IMG/VR virus record: IMGVR_UViG_3300046810_000338
Coordinates: 164,500-228,499 of that record
Reading direction: 5' to 3' (one strand)
DNA length: 64,000 nucleotides
In this document: positions 29,451 through 38,826 of the stretch, one piece after another
Position numbering within the stretch: the first letter of the stretch is position 1
Layout of the letters: every line of letters starts with the position of its first letter
Notes under the pieces: model-generated
What the model saw: the letters and a program-made list of their open reading frames with translations, nothing else
What the model was told of the DNA's origin: nothing
The model's database searches: none
Made by a program: the position numbers and the translations under genes

Positions 29451-29942
29451 ATGTCCATCAAAAAGAATTTGTCCACTGGTTCCGCTCTGTTGCTCAAGAA
29501 CCTGACTACCGCCATCGACGCCACTCTGGGCGGCGAGAAGCCACCGAGCGATCTGGAAGTAAGCCTGGATAACAAAACCCTGGCCGATGTTCTGGACGGC
29601 TACGTCACCACCACCGATGTCGGCGAACGCGCTGTCACTGTGGACGACCTTCAAGCGGTCGGTAACTTCCGTCGTGACTTCCAGCAGGTCACTCGCATCT
29701 ACAACGGCGACGCCGGTGTAGAGCACATGGAAGCCAACGTTGACGCCACCTCCTTCCGCACCACTGTCAATCTCGGCAACCTCGGCACCAGCGTGCAAGC
29801 GGCGTTCTTCAAGCCTGGCAAGGAAGACCAGGGCAACACCAACTTCGTGTCGATCACCGATGCCTGGGACGGCAGCGATGAAGACAAAGCCGTCGAAGCT
29901 CATCTGAAAAGCCTGAGCCAACGTCTGGTTGCGAAGAAGTAA
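29451..29942 (+). CDS. Hypothetical protein, probably highly expressed
   Basis: 163 aa; strong C-ending codon bias; own terminator. Confidence 0.75.
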   Translation: MSIKKNLSTGSALLLKNLTTAIDATLGGEKPPSDLEVSLDNKTLADVLDGYVTTTDVGERAVTVDDLQAVGNFRRDFQQVTRIYNGDAGVEHMEANVDATSFRTTVNLGNLGTSVQAAFFKPGKEDQGNTNFVSITDAWDGSDEDKAVEAHLKSLSQRLVAKK

Positions 29943-29954
29943 TACCCCGGCCAG

Positions 29955-29998
29955 GAGAGATTAGCGGAAGCTAATCTCTCTCAGCATTCTTTTTTTTG
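29955..29998 (+). terminator. Rho-independent terminator
   Basis: GAGAGATTAGC-GGAA-GCTAATCTCTC followed by a T-tract. Confidence 0.75.
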
Positions 29999-30045
29999 TT
30001 ACACTCGGTTGCAACTATATGCAATCCAACAACGAGGCTTACTGC

Positions 30046-30381
30046 ATGAAAATCACCATCGCTACTCCTGCACTGTTGGGCGTATTCGCTTCGGAAGAAG
30101 TGGAAGGCCAAGTTATCTATACTTCGAGCATCGTCGGTGTCTCCGGCACCAACATCAAACTGTCCGGCATCGGCAACTCCGTCATCGAACTGCCGCTGAC
30201 CGTTCAAGGTGGCCTGAAAACCCTGCCGACCGTTGGTCAACCGATCCGTTTCAATGCCGACGGTCTCATCATCGGCGTGCTGTTGGTTCCTGAAGCCAAG
30301 CCTGCACGTAATACCGGCAGAACTTCTCCATCGTTCGACCAGATCGCCGCCCTGCGCGCCGCTGGCAGCGACCGCCACTAA
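30046..30381 (+). CDS. Hypothetical protein
   Basis: GAGG RBS; ATG at 30046 (MKITIATP). Confidence 0.7.
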   Translation: MKITIATPALLGVFASEEVEGQVIYTSSIVGVSGTNIKLSGIGNSVIELPLTVQGGLKTLPTVGQPIRFNADGLIIGVLLVPEAKPARNTGRTSPSFDQIAALRAAGSDRH

Positions 30382-30398
30382 GCACTGAGCACCGGTCA

Positions 30399-30422
30399 GG
30401 CCCGCCTCGCAAGAGGTGGGTC
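30399..30422 (+). terminator. Stem-loop with GCAA tetraloop, followed by ACTATGCC
   Basis: GGCCCGCCTC-GCAA-GAGGTGGGTC. Confidence 0.55.
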
Positions 30423-30448
30423 ACTATGCCCTTGAATGGAGAAACCCT

Positions 30449-31045
30449 GTGACAACGATTGCGTATCACCGAGGGCAAATGTCCTCTGACAGCCGTGTAG
30501 CAGTTCGATTGAATACGCGGGCCGAGAGCTTCGAGTTCCGTGAAAAGATCTTTCGTAGTAGCTGCGGTCGTGCTTATGCTGGTCAAGCAGGCGACAACCT
30601 CCTTCCAGAAGCCATGGAAGAGTTGGTTCAACAGTTGTTGTTGGGGATCATCGACTACGAAAAAGACCCTTCTGCGTGGACTGGTCTTAAAACCCCAGTC
30701 AAGGAAGACATCGTCGTCATGACGCAGCACTCGGCTTACCTTTTTGAACACATCAAAACCACCGTGCTCATTCCTCTTACCGATGACATGGTGGCGACCA
30801 TGGGGTCTGGTGAAGACCTGGCTAAGACGGCACTGATAGCTGGCTGTTCGCATGAACAAGCCATTGGCTACGCCTTGTTGCATGACCGCTTTTCCGGTGG
30901 CCAATGCCACGTTTACAATGCCAGTGATCTTGAGCCACTACTGCGCCTGCGTACTGCGGAGGAGATCTCGGCTGAGTTAACCAAAGCCGGCATCGAGCAC
31001 ACGATCACTTCGGTTGATGAAGCACCTGCCGGGGGTTTGGAATGA
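30449..31045 (+). CDS. HslV/proteasome-beta-like Ntn threonine peptidase
   Basis: GGAG RBS; GTG at 30449 gives the N-terminus (M)TTIAY. Also SDSR, EKIF, AGQAGD, MGSG and HDRFSGG motifs. Confidence 0.75.
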   Translation: MTTIAYHRGQMSSDSRVAVRLNTRAESFEFREKIFRSSCGRAYAGQAGDNLLPEAMEELVQQLLLGIIDYEKDPSAWTGLKTPVKEDIVVMTQHSAYLFEHIKTTVLIPLTDDMVATMGSGEDLAKTALIAGCSHEQAIGYALLHDRFSGGQCHVYNASDLEPLLRLRTAEEISAELTKAGIEHTITSVDEAPAGGLE

Positions 31046-31569
31046 ATCTGATTGCATTTAAAAATGGGCTGATTCTCTTTTCGCCAAATATCTACTGGCG
31101 AAATGGGACGACCGATGTTTTCCAAATGGAGGCATGGGTAACTCCAAAGGGGCTCATTCTCCCATTGACGGCCATCGCGGTATCGGCCAGGGAGACATTG
31201 ACTGACCCGACTTACTGTCCCACCGACAAGGTCAATAATCTGGAAATAGGTATGCTTCTTACCCCAGACGGGCGCTTATATACGATGACTTATGTCAACG
31301 ATCCAAGCGGGGACAGTAAGCTAAGCAAAACCATGATGGGTTGCAAGTCCTACGACAGAATAGCGTTATCGCCGGATCGCTACTGCACGTTCTCTGCGAT
31401 GGTGGCAATTGATCTGGTGGACGAACCCATCAAAGCACTCGACATCGTTGATCGGGTGCGCAACATCGTAACTGTCGGATACCAACAGTGGAAGCTGGAG
31501 GATCTGGTTAATTGGACCAAAGAGCAAGTAGCTCTTAAGTTCCCCGAGGAGAAGAAAGATGAATCGTGA
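31042..31569 (+). CDS. Hypothetical protein, possible degenerate Ntn-hydrolase paralogue
   Basis: MNLIAFKNG aligns by eye to TTIAYHRG; no N-terminal Thr. Confidence 0.6.
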   Translation: MNLIAFKNGLILFSPNIYWRNGTTDVFQMEAWVTPKGLILPLTAIAVSARETLTDPTYCPTDKVNNLEIGMLLTPDGRLYTMTYVNDPSGDSKLSKTMMGCKSYDRIALSPDRYCTFSAMVAIDLVDEPIKALDIVDRVRNIVTVGYQQWKLEDLVNWTKEQVALKFPEEKKDES

Positions 31570-32224
31570 TCGCCCTTCTTTGTTTGAGATGCTTGGCCAT
31601 AGCGCTGCCGACATGGCCGAAGCTGAAAAGCTGGTGGACATGTTTGATCGGGTACGTGGGTTTATCCGTCAAAGCGGGGTACACTGCGTAGTAACTACCC
31701 CGCCCGCCCAGGCCGATCTGACCTGTACCGAATGGTCTATCCAGTTTGAAGCTGGTACAGACCCAATCGTTGCAGATGGTTTGGCCGGAACGATTGCGGC
31801 GACGACGGCCATGCGTTGCTCCAACGTTACACGGTTGGATGGCATTCCTCGTTACGACTTTGTTTCGCTGATTGGTTATAGCCACCTACGTGACGGGGTC
31901 TGTATTGATACCCGCAAGGAAGCTGAACTGAAACAACGAACCGAGACCATCAAAGGTTTCGATATCGATTACGAACGGATACCGGGCGACACGCCGATAG
32001 ACCTGGGAGACAGTCGGTGGCGGTCAGCTAGTGGCCTCAACTACTTCTCTCATGCCCACGTTGGGCGGTTTGATGCATCTGGGCCAATCCCTACCATTGA
32101 CAACCCAGGCGGTGGTTCACCCTGCTGGGGCGATCCTGCTCCAACAGCAGAACGGGCAGCCGCAGAACGGCGCCGTTCCAAGATCCATGTCAATGGCCGA
32201 CCGAAGAAAGGGTGGCAGCGATGA
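31559..32224 (+). CDS. Hypothetical protein with basic C-terminal tail (NGRPKKGWQR)
   Basis: 221 aa; GAGGAG RBS. Confidence 0.7.
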   Translation: MNRDRPSLFEMLGHSAADMAEAEKLVDMFDRVRGFIRQSGVHCVVTTPPAQADLTCTEWSIQFEAGTDPIVADGLAGTIAATTAMRCSNVTRLDGIPRYDFVSLIGYSHLRDGVCIDTRKEAELKQRTETIKGFDIDYERIPGDTPIDLGDSRWRSASGLNYFSHAHVGRFDASGPIPTIDNPGGGSPCWGDPAPTAERAAAERRRSKIHVNGRPKKGWQR

Positions 32225-32373
32225 GCCCGTTCCAAGAGGCTAGACAATGGCTCCGTGAGTGGCGTAAGCGGGTCGATGCCAAGATTGCCCTGCTCATGGA
32301 AGGGAAGACCCGCCCTAACTTCTATCGGCACAAGGATCGGCGTGGTAAACCCATCAAGGGCTGGCAGAAATGA
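32221..32373 (+). CDS. Small basic protein, 50 aa (C-terminus RGKPIKGWQK)
   Basis: Below the ORF-track cutoff. ATGA overlaps at both ends. MSPFQEARQWLREWRKRVDAKIALLMEGKTRPNFYRHKDRRGKPIKGWQK. Confidence 0.7.
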   Translation: MSPFQEARQWLREWRKRVDAKIALLMEGKTRPNFYRHKDRRGKPIKGWQK

Positions 32374-32591
32374 CCAGGCGTACCAGGGTCAGGTCGATGG
32401 AGTCTGCGACCAAACACCGTGGTAAATTAAACGCCGAACAAAAGGCTCAGTTAGAAGTACAAAAGAAAGTCCTTGCGCTCATGTGGAATGGTTGCAAGGA
32501 AACCATTAAGTTCGCTCTCTTAAGGATGAGCACTACGAGCAAACCCAAGGTTGCTCGCAATGGCAGGAAGAAGAAAATATGGGAACGGTAG
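32370..32591 (+). CDS. Small basic protein (C-terminus NGRKKKIWER)
   Basis: 73 aa; ATGA overlap. Confidence 0.65.
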   Translation: MTRRTRVRSMESATKHRGKLNAEQKAQLEVQKKVLALMWNGCKETIKFALLRMSTTSKPKVARNGRKKKIWER

Positions 32592-32992
32592 TAGATAAAC
32601 AAGCGGACTTGTTCGCGATTCTGAGAAAGCACGCACGTACCTTGGAAAAGGCCGATGATGCTTTCAACTGGGCAGGGTTCGTTGACGATTTGATTCTTGA
32701 ACTCAACGAGATAAAAATAGATATCTGTCCCGACCAGGACATCTATCTGCGTACCCAGGGCAGACAGTGTGAGGAAATCGGTAAGCGCATTATTCAGGCG
32801 CGCACCAACCTCAACATGGTTCAGACGCGCCTGGCAATCCTGACTGGGATTCCACAGCCGTCGCTTTGTAGTTTGGAGTACGGGGGGATAAAGAAGATCA
32901 AACTGACCAGACTGGCAGCGATTGCGGCTGCTACAAAAACAACTACCGACTACCTCATTTACGGTATCGGAAGCTTGCCACGCACGATGTAA
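32579..32992 (+). CDS. XRE/Cro-C1-type helix-turn-helix protein
   Basis: IGKRIIQARTNLNMVQTRLAILTGIPQPSLCSLEYG...LAAIAAATKTTTDYLIYG. Confidence 0.8.
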   Translation: MGTVVDKQADLFAILRKHARTLEKADDAFNWAGFVDDLILELNEIKIDICPDQDIYLRTQGRQCEEIGKRIIQARTNLNMVQTRLAILTGIPQPSLCSLEYGGIKKIKLTRLAAIAAATKTTTDYLIYGIGSLPRTM

Positions 32993-33002
32993 GGAAGGTT
33001 GT

Positions 33003-33821
33003 ATGAAAAATAAAGGCAACGCAGCGGACACTCACATCGTCGTTGATGGGGACGGCAATGTTAGTTCTAAAACAACTATCACTACGGAAGATGGGCTCCT
33101 AACCATTGACCATGTAGCCGAGGATCAGTTTTCTCGTCGCATGCGTCTGCGTGACAAAACCAGGACGGCTTATCCAGCAAATGCTTACATCGTTCGCTGC
33201 ACCAACATAGCAGCGCTCGAAGCTCATCTGGAGGCAAACCCACCCGTATCACCGTTGCAGGTTATCCTGCGAGCACTAGCACACGTCATCGGATTGCATC
33301 TATCTGTAACACACGTTTACTTCACACCAGAACTGCATTGGCGCTTTATCGGCCCCGACAACTTCGGTCCTTTCTTTGGCACCCAGGTTAACATGGCCTG
33401 GCTAGAAGAAGCAGCTCAGGCAGCTGTTGAGATTGACTTAGTTAGTCGGCCCATCTTTCTGATCGAAAGTCCTGAGGCAAAAGACGACTGGGAGGCCGAT
33501 ACGCTGCTGCCACCGGGTTTGAATTCCGTCATGCGCAACATCCTCGACCCCGCATTGTTTCTTCAGGAATTTCCACCAGAAGAGCCGATGGTGTGCAATG
33601 TAGAGGTCGGCAATGCCCTGCCCAAAGCAAACCGACATGATCGTCGGATGCGAGGTGCGCGTAGACGCATCGATACACTGGAAAATGTTCTTAGCGAACT
33701 CTACCAGGTGTTAGGGGAACTCGATGCACCAGAAAAGGTGCTCGATCAGGTAACAGCTGCACTGGAAGGTGCTGTGTTGCCACATGAATCACTTCTGCCA
33801 TTCGTTAAAGGGGAACAGTAA
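33003..33821 (+). CDS. Hypothetical protein
   Basis: AGGAAGG RBS; ATG at 33003. Confidence 0.7.
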   Translation: MKNKGNAADTHIVVDGDGNVSSKTTITTEDGLLTIDHVAEDQFSRRMRLRDKTRTAYPANAYIVRCTNIAALEAHLEANPPVSPLQVILRALAHVIGLHLSVTHVYFTPELHWRFIGPDNFGPFFGTQVNMAWLEEAAQAAVEIDLVSRPIFLIESPEAKDDWEADTLLPPGLNSVMRNILDPALFLQEFPPEEPMVCNVEVGNALPKANRHDRRMRGARRRIDTLENVLSELYQVLGELDAPEKVLDQVTAALEGAVLPHESLLPFVKGEQ

Positions 33822-34438
33822 TGAAAGAGCCTAAAGGTACCGTTAGTCCAAACACAGGTACGATCCTGGACATGTCAACCACCAGTCTGGAACCATTCGC
33901 CAGTCCCATGCCTGTGCGGCGCGATGTCCTGTTCGTGGGTAGCATCAGCGAACATCGCCTGGCCATGACGTTGGGCAACCACGCCCACCGCATGCACGCT
34001 TTGGACCCAGCGCTGGTATCCCATCGAGTGGTGACAACCGGTATGGAGTTGGTTGCCCAATCGACAGCCAGGATGACGGGTTACCGTCGTGGGGAAATGG
34101 CGATCTTGTCCAGCGATGACCCTAGCTTCAAGAACTGGGGTAATCCTGAGAACGCCAAACTGGTCGTGGATGGCGCACCTCCAGGTAACCGGGAAGAAGT
34201 TAAGCGGATGGGCACTGCCACTATCCCGGCCGACTTCTGGCTGTCCCTCAAGGCCATGATGGAGAAGTACGGTAACCATCTGGTGGTCAACGTTGAGGCA
34301 CCTCGTCGGGAACACCATTACGGCTATCACCCTACTCCTGAAAACACGCTGATCGTGTGTGACAGTTACGCTGACTATCGGCACAGTGGGCGCATGATGA
34401 CTTCTAAGCACGCTGGTGCACGGGGTAACAAGAAATGA
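33821..34438 (+). CDS. Hypothetical protein
   Basis: 205 aa; TAATG overlap. Confidence 0.7.
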   Translation: MKEPKGTVSPNTGTILDMSTTSLEPFASPMPVRRDVLFVGSISEHRLAMTLGNHAHRMHALDPALVSHRVVTTGMELVAQSTARMTGYRRGEMAILSSDDPSFKNWGNPENAKLVVDGAPPGNREEVKRMGTATIPADFWLSLKAMMEKYGNHLVVNVEAPRREHHYGYHPTPENTLIVCDSYADYRHSGRMMTSKHAGARGNKK

Positions 34439-34698
34439 CAGAAGCCATCCAGGAGATTGAACGCATCGAACTGCTGGCCAACGAAGCTAGCAAACGAGCT
34501 GTACGCAGTGGTCGTAAGTACATCGACGCCCTGCGAATGCTGCAATCTGAACTGCGTCGTGAAAACATCGCTATTTCAGACAGTCATCTTCAAAGCATCC
34601 TTACGCTGGCTTATAGCCGCGCAAGTGAAAGCTACGAGGTCAATGTGGCCTACAAGGCCAAACGCAAAACTCAACGGGCAGCGCAATCGGTTGCCTAA
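34435..34698 (+). CDS. Hypothetical protein
   Basis: 87 aa; ATGA overlap. Confidence 0.65.
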   Translation: MTEAIQEIERIELLANEASKRAVRSGRKYIDALRMLQSELRRENIAISDSHLQSILTLAYSRASESYEVNVAYKAKRKTQRAAQSVA

Positions 34699-34769
34699 GT
34701 TCCACTCTTTTCGTTTGCCTTCTGTCAGCCGAATAGGTTAGATGGTTGGTCTATTCAGGGATTAGTAGT

Positions 34770-35297
34770 ATGTCTGGTAAAACGCTTACTCTTCAGCGCA
34801 AGGAACCCACCAATGGGGCCAAGCGTACACAGATCACCGTTCAACGCGTTCGTCGAAAGCCTATCAGCATAGATGAAGCAGCTGCTCTTTTTGAAACGCC
34901 TGAGATCCCAGATCTCGGCGACGCTGTCCGTGCGGCCAATTCGGAGCGAATGATCGCTGCGCTTGAGCAACATGTCGGCAAACCTGCAAAACGCCCCACA
35001 GGCCTTCCTAAGGCCCCACAGGCAGTAACTTACTACGAGGATAAAGACGAGTGGCAACACATCGTCATTCCTGGTGGCAAGCGTGACGTTCACCTGCATG
35101 AAATGTTGGACAAAGACAAGTTTCTGCTGAACGTCAATGGCGCTCGGCTCGACCATGATCAGATTGTTGCTTTGGCCGACGAGCTTCAGCACTACCTGAC
35201 ACACGGTTTCCTCAAGGAGAATGCAAATGTCGAAAGATCTTCGAAGCCATGCAAAGAAACTGCACCTGTACCTGCTGACCCACCTGTTTACCACTGA
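34770..35297 (+). CDS. Hypothetical protein
   Basis: ATG at 34770 after AGGGA. Confidence 0.65.
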   Translation: MSGKTLTLQRKEPTNGAKRTQITVQRVRRKPISIDEAAALFETPEIPDLGDAVRAANSERMIAALEQHVGKPAKRPTGLPKAPQAVTYYEDKDEWQHIVIPGGKRDVHLHEMLDKDKFLLNVNGARLDHDQIVALADELQHYLTHGFLKENANVERSSKPCKETAPVPADPPVYH

Positions 35298-35718
35298 TCG
35301 GGTTGACGGGCGGGTGCCTCTGGTTCCACGAGAGGCGATTCACAAAGACCTGGAGTTGACCGAAGCACAAATGGTCAACGCAATGATGACTATCCGCGAT
35401 CAAGCGGCTAAACGGAGTGAACCCTCGCTGACTGCATTGATAGTCAAGCGCGAAGCAGACAACCCACTGACTGTCTACGACATGTGGTCTCAGATCAATG
35501 CCGAGCTGGGTGGGGTATGGCGCTGGCCATCCAAGTACAAAGATGAACCCGTCGAGTTGGATAGCATCACCAGAAAGATGGAAATCTGGTTGCACCCACA
35601 CGCGGGCGGTACTGTTGTTGAAAGTGTCCTCGGCGTCTCCAAAGTCGTGGTGCACGAAAGTCACTTGCAGACTGACTATGATGTTCTCATGGACAGTTAC
35701 CGAGACTACTTCAAGTAA
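35221..35718 (+). CDS. Hypothetical protein (true start uncertain)
   Basis: ORF ends just before a terminator; its 5' end overlaps the previous gene. Confidence 0.55.
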   Translation: MQMSKDLRSHAKKLHLYLLTHLFTTDRVDGRVPLVPREAIHKDLELTEAQMVNAMMTIRDQAAKRSEPSLTALIVKREADNPLTVYDMWSQINAELGGVWRWPSKYKDEPVELDSITRKMEIWLHPHAGGTVVESVLGVSKVVVHESHLQTDYDVLMDSYRDYFK

Positions 35719-35727
35719 GATCATAAC

Positions 35728-35757
35728 GCCCTCTCCTACCTTCGGGTAGGAGAGGGC
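35728..35757 (+). terminator. Stem-loop with UUCG tetraloop
   Basis: GCCCTCTCCTACC-TTCG-GGTAGGAGAGGGC. Confidence 0.75.
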
Positions 35758-35796
35758 TATCTCTTATGCTTTCTTTTTTGTTTCCATGGGCATAAA

Positions 35797-35820
35797 TGGC
35801 CTGGGTTTTACCCCAGGCCA
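35797..35820 (-). terminator. Stem-loop after the tail tube gene
   Basis: TGGCCTGGG/CCCAGGCCA, followed on the minus strand by TTTATGCC. Confidence 0.65.
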
Positions 35821-35825
35821 AGGTG

Positions 35826-36704
35826 TTACATTTTGGCGCCGACAGAGGCAGCAGCTGCCGCAGCGATGCTTTCTTTGTAACCACGAGTCGATGCCAGGTA
35901 ATCGGCATGGATCGCGTCCATTGCAGCCGGACGGTTGTTCGGGCTCACGCCAGTCAGGCTGATGGAACTCAGCACTTCTTGAGCGAACGCGAAGACGGCG
36001 TCGGTCGATTCAGTCACACCGGTGAATTCCATGGAGAACTGAAGCGCCTGATCGCCTTCCGGCAAGTTGCGGACCAGTTCACGAGGAATACCCGAGGACG
36101 GCATCATGTTGCTGATCAGAGCCGCTTCCACCACATAGCGGTGGGTTGGATCTGGCTCGATGAACAACATGGTCATCGACATGAAGTCTTCCAGGATTTC
36201 TTCAGGCATGCCAGAAACAGCCATCGACAAGATGTCCGGGAACTTGGTTTCCGGGTTCATCATGCAGACTTTGTGCCAGAAGGTGAAGAAGCGGGTAAGA
36301 ACCTTACCGTACTTCTCCTGGTAGCTGAACGATGGAGCCGATTCAGCGAGCATCATGTTGCTGATGATCTTGAGCTTCTGACCAGCACCGCCGACCGCAG
36401 TTTCTGCAAACTCAGGCGTCATGGTGAGGTTGATACCTTCGATGGAGAGTGGGTGCTCTTCCATCAGAACCTTGAGGGTATCTTTGATCAGTTGCCCGCC
36501 ATCCAGGTAGTCAAAGGCTTTAGGGCCTTGAACCACGATTGGAATCATCGGTTTGCGGGTGTACGGGGTGTTGCTCGGCAGCTCGCGGAAGTTCGGCATG
36601 AAGCCAAACTGTGCACCCATACGCGGGTCCACAACCGGAGTCAGGGCGTTCTTAGCGAAGCCCTGTTTGCCCAGCAGACGATTTACCAAATCAGTGCTAG
36701 CCAT
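35826..36704 (-). CDS. Tail tube / major tail protein (phiKZ gp30-like)
   Basis: 292 aa directly downstream of the sheath gene; MTMLFIEPDPT motif. Confidence 0.75.
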   Translation of the reverse strand: MASTDLVNRLLGKQGFAKNALTPVVDPRMGAQFGFMPNFRELPSNTPYTRKPMIPIVVQGPKAFDYLDGGQLIKDTLKVLMEEHPLSIEGINLTMTPEFAETAVGGAGQKLKIISNMMLAESAPSFSYQEKYGKVLTRFFTFWHKVCMMNPETKFPDILSMAVSGMPEEILEDFMSMTMLFIEPDPTHRYVVEAALISNMMPSSGIPRELVRNLPEGDQALQFSMEFTGVTESTDAVFAFAQEVLSSISLTGVSPNNRPAAMDAIHADYLASTRGYKESIAAAAAASVGAKM

Positions 36705-36750
36705 GAGAAATCCTCAAGTAGGCCCCGCTCCTTAGAACGGGGCTAATGGG

Positions 36751-38826
36751 TTAAACCGCTACACCAGCCAGGTCGCCCAGGCGGTTGGCGCGTACGGTGA
36801 ACGAACCTACGGTACGCAGGCTACCCAGACCCAGATCGATCAAGCAGCTCCAGCTGTAGCCGCGCTCGCTGTCGTCTGGCGTGAAGTACGTGTTCGGGAT
36901 AACCCGTACACGGCCGTCGTACTTGCCAGCTACAGCAGCAGAGATCTTGTCGTTGGACTTCTGGATGAACTGCGCATCGGTCAGCTCGTCGGTCAAACCA
37001 ACCAACTCGGTCCAGACCGCACGGCAGACCTTGACGATGTCCACTGCGATGATCATGTTGATCGCCGAGTTCAGAGGACTGGTGTCGTCGGTGTAAACAG
37101 TCTGGTAGGCCGGGATGAACTGATCGCGACGGTTCTTGTACTGAGCCCAGATGATGCCGGCAGACCAGAAGTCGTCAACCACTGGATCAGTTTTGGAACG
37201 TGCGTTCAGCGAGGTGTAGCCGGTAACCACGTTGTTGCCTGGGGTATCTGGACGCTTCTCAGTGACCCAGATGCCGTCGCCAGCGCCCATGTAAGCGGCG
37301 CTATCAGCACCCCACTTGTGTGCCAGAGGAACAACCGACTTGACCTTGGCAGCTGGGTATACGCCAGCGTGACCGATGATCATGCCACGGCAGCAGCCGG
37401 TGCCATGCAGAGTGGACTCAGGGTAGCTCAGCAGCTCGTTGGAGAGTGCCAGGCCGATCGAGTAGTCTTCTGCTTCGTCGTTTGCCGGAGTGTCCCAGAC
37501 CTGCGTAGTCAGAACCACGTAGATGTCATCACGGAAGCTCAGCAGTTTCGGGAACTTCAACTTGACAGGCAGAGTGTAGCCTGTGTCGTAGAACACGGAG
37601 ACAGGTACACGGAAGGGGTCCCACAGACGCGAGGGGTCTTCCATGAAGCCGTCGATGAAGTCGCCCACCGCAGCATCGTAGGTAGCCGGAGTGAACGTGC
37701 CGTCAGCACCGCCCTGGGCATAGTGCACAGTGGCGTCGGTGAACAGCAGGCCACCAGCCGATGGAGATTCCATCTTGATGGTGTGGTACGGGTAGCCGAG
37801 GTACGACATGCCGGTCAGGAAGTTGACCATGTGGAAGTCTTCTTCGCTGTCACCAGCGGTGTCGTACGGCAACTCAGTTGCGTGCAGAGCGCGCAGCAGG
37901 ATTTCCAGGTTGTCTTCGTAAACGAAGTAGCCCGAGAAAGTGCCGTAGGTATCAGGACCACCGTCGGTTGCCCGAGCGTTGTACTTCTGCAACAGCACTT
38001 CTTCAATGCCGTATTCGACCTGAGTGTTCTTGTCGTACACGCCCTCTTTGAAAGAGAACATAACCGACTGGTCGCCACCGAGGGTGGTTTTGATCAGAGG
38101 GCTCGAACGATCAGTCAGGCGCTCCATAGCTTGGAAGCTATAAAGGAAGGCGCGCTGGTCTTCGATCAGATCATCGCGAGTACCGCCAGACGACTTGATA
38201 GTCGGAGCAGTCAGACGAACGCCACCACGGTTACCAGCCGACCCACGGTGAGGACGTTGCAGGTCGAACAGCGGGTAGGTTTTGCCCGACTCGTTGTTCT
38301 TGCCGACCATGTCGCCGGTGCCAATAACAGCCTGACCCAGATCGCCGGTGGTCAGTGGAGTGGTGAAGATGCGGACACGACTACCCAACAGGGTTGGGGT
38401 CGTCGGATCAACCATCGCCTGGCCAGTCGACGGATCTACTTTATAGGACCCGTCAGCATTGCGCAGCGTGTTGGGTACGTTGTCGGCAACCAGCTCTGCC
38501 CAGACGGTCATACCGGCGGGAGCAGGGGCGTCTTCGGCAACGATGCGCTTGACCAGAATCTGGTTACCAGCGGCGTTAACCGTTTCAGCCAGCAGGTTCT
38601 GGTGAGTGAAGTGAGCCGCACGGCGATCAAACACATCGTCGCCGTAGAGAATCTTGATCTGCCCACCTGATACCAGTTGGTCAGTCTCAGGACCCCAGGC
38701 GGCTCCAAGCATGAACATCGGGCAGTGAGTCGGCACGGCCAACGGGGTGGCGGGGTTGCTTCCACGACCATTGTCGTCGAACCCGTCGAAGAGGAAACGC
38801 GGTGCCGCGTTTTTAACGGTTGCCAT
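36751..38826 (-). CDS. Tail sheath protein (phiKZ gp29-like)
   Basis: AAAGGAG RBS; ATG at 38826 (MATVKNAAP). PTHCP...WGP, FYDTGY and YPES..HGT..CR motifs. Confidence 0.85.
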   Translation of the reverse strand: MATVKNAAPRFLFDGFDDNGRGSNPATPLAVPTHCPMFMLGAAWGPETDQLVSGGQIKILYGDDVFDRRAAHFTHQNLLAETVNAAGNQILVKRIVAEDAPAPAGMTVWAELVADNVPNTLRNADGSYKVDPSTGQAMVDPTTPTLLGSRVRIFTTPLTTGDLGQAVIGTGDMVGKNNESGKTYPLFDLQRPHRGSAGNRGGVRLTAPTIKSSGGTRDDLIEDQRAFLYSFQAMERLTDRSSPLIKTTLGGDQSVMFSFKEGVYDKNTQVEYGIEEVLLQKYNARATDGGPDTYGTFSGYFVYEDNLEILLRALHATELPYDTAGDSEEDFHMVNFLTGMSYLGYPYHTIKMESPSAGGLLFTDATVHYAQGGADGTFTPATYDAAVGDFIDGFMEDPSRLWDPFRVPVSVFYDTGYTLPVKLKFPKLLSFRDDIYVVLTTQVWDTPANDEAEDYSIGLALSNELLSYPESTLHGTGCCRGMIIGHAGVYPAAKVKSVVPLAHKWGADSAAYMGAGDGIWVTEKRPDTPGNNVVTGYTSLNARSKTDPVVDDFWSAGIIWAQYKNRRDQFIPAYQTVYTDDTSPLNSAINMIIAVDIVKVCRAVWTELVGLTDELTDAQFIQKSNDKISAAVAGKYDGRVRVIPNTYFTPDDSERGYSWSCLIDLGLGSLRTVGSFTVRANRLGDLAGVAV

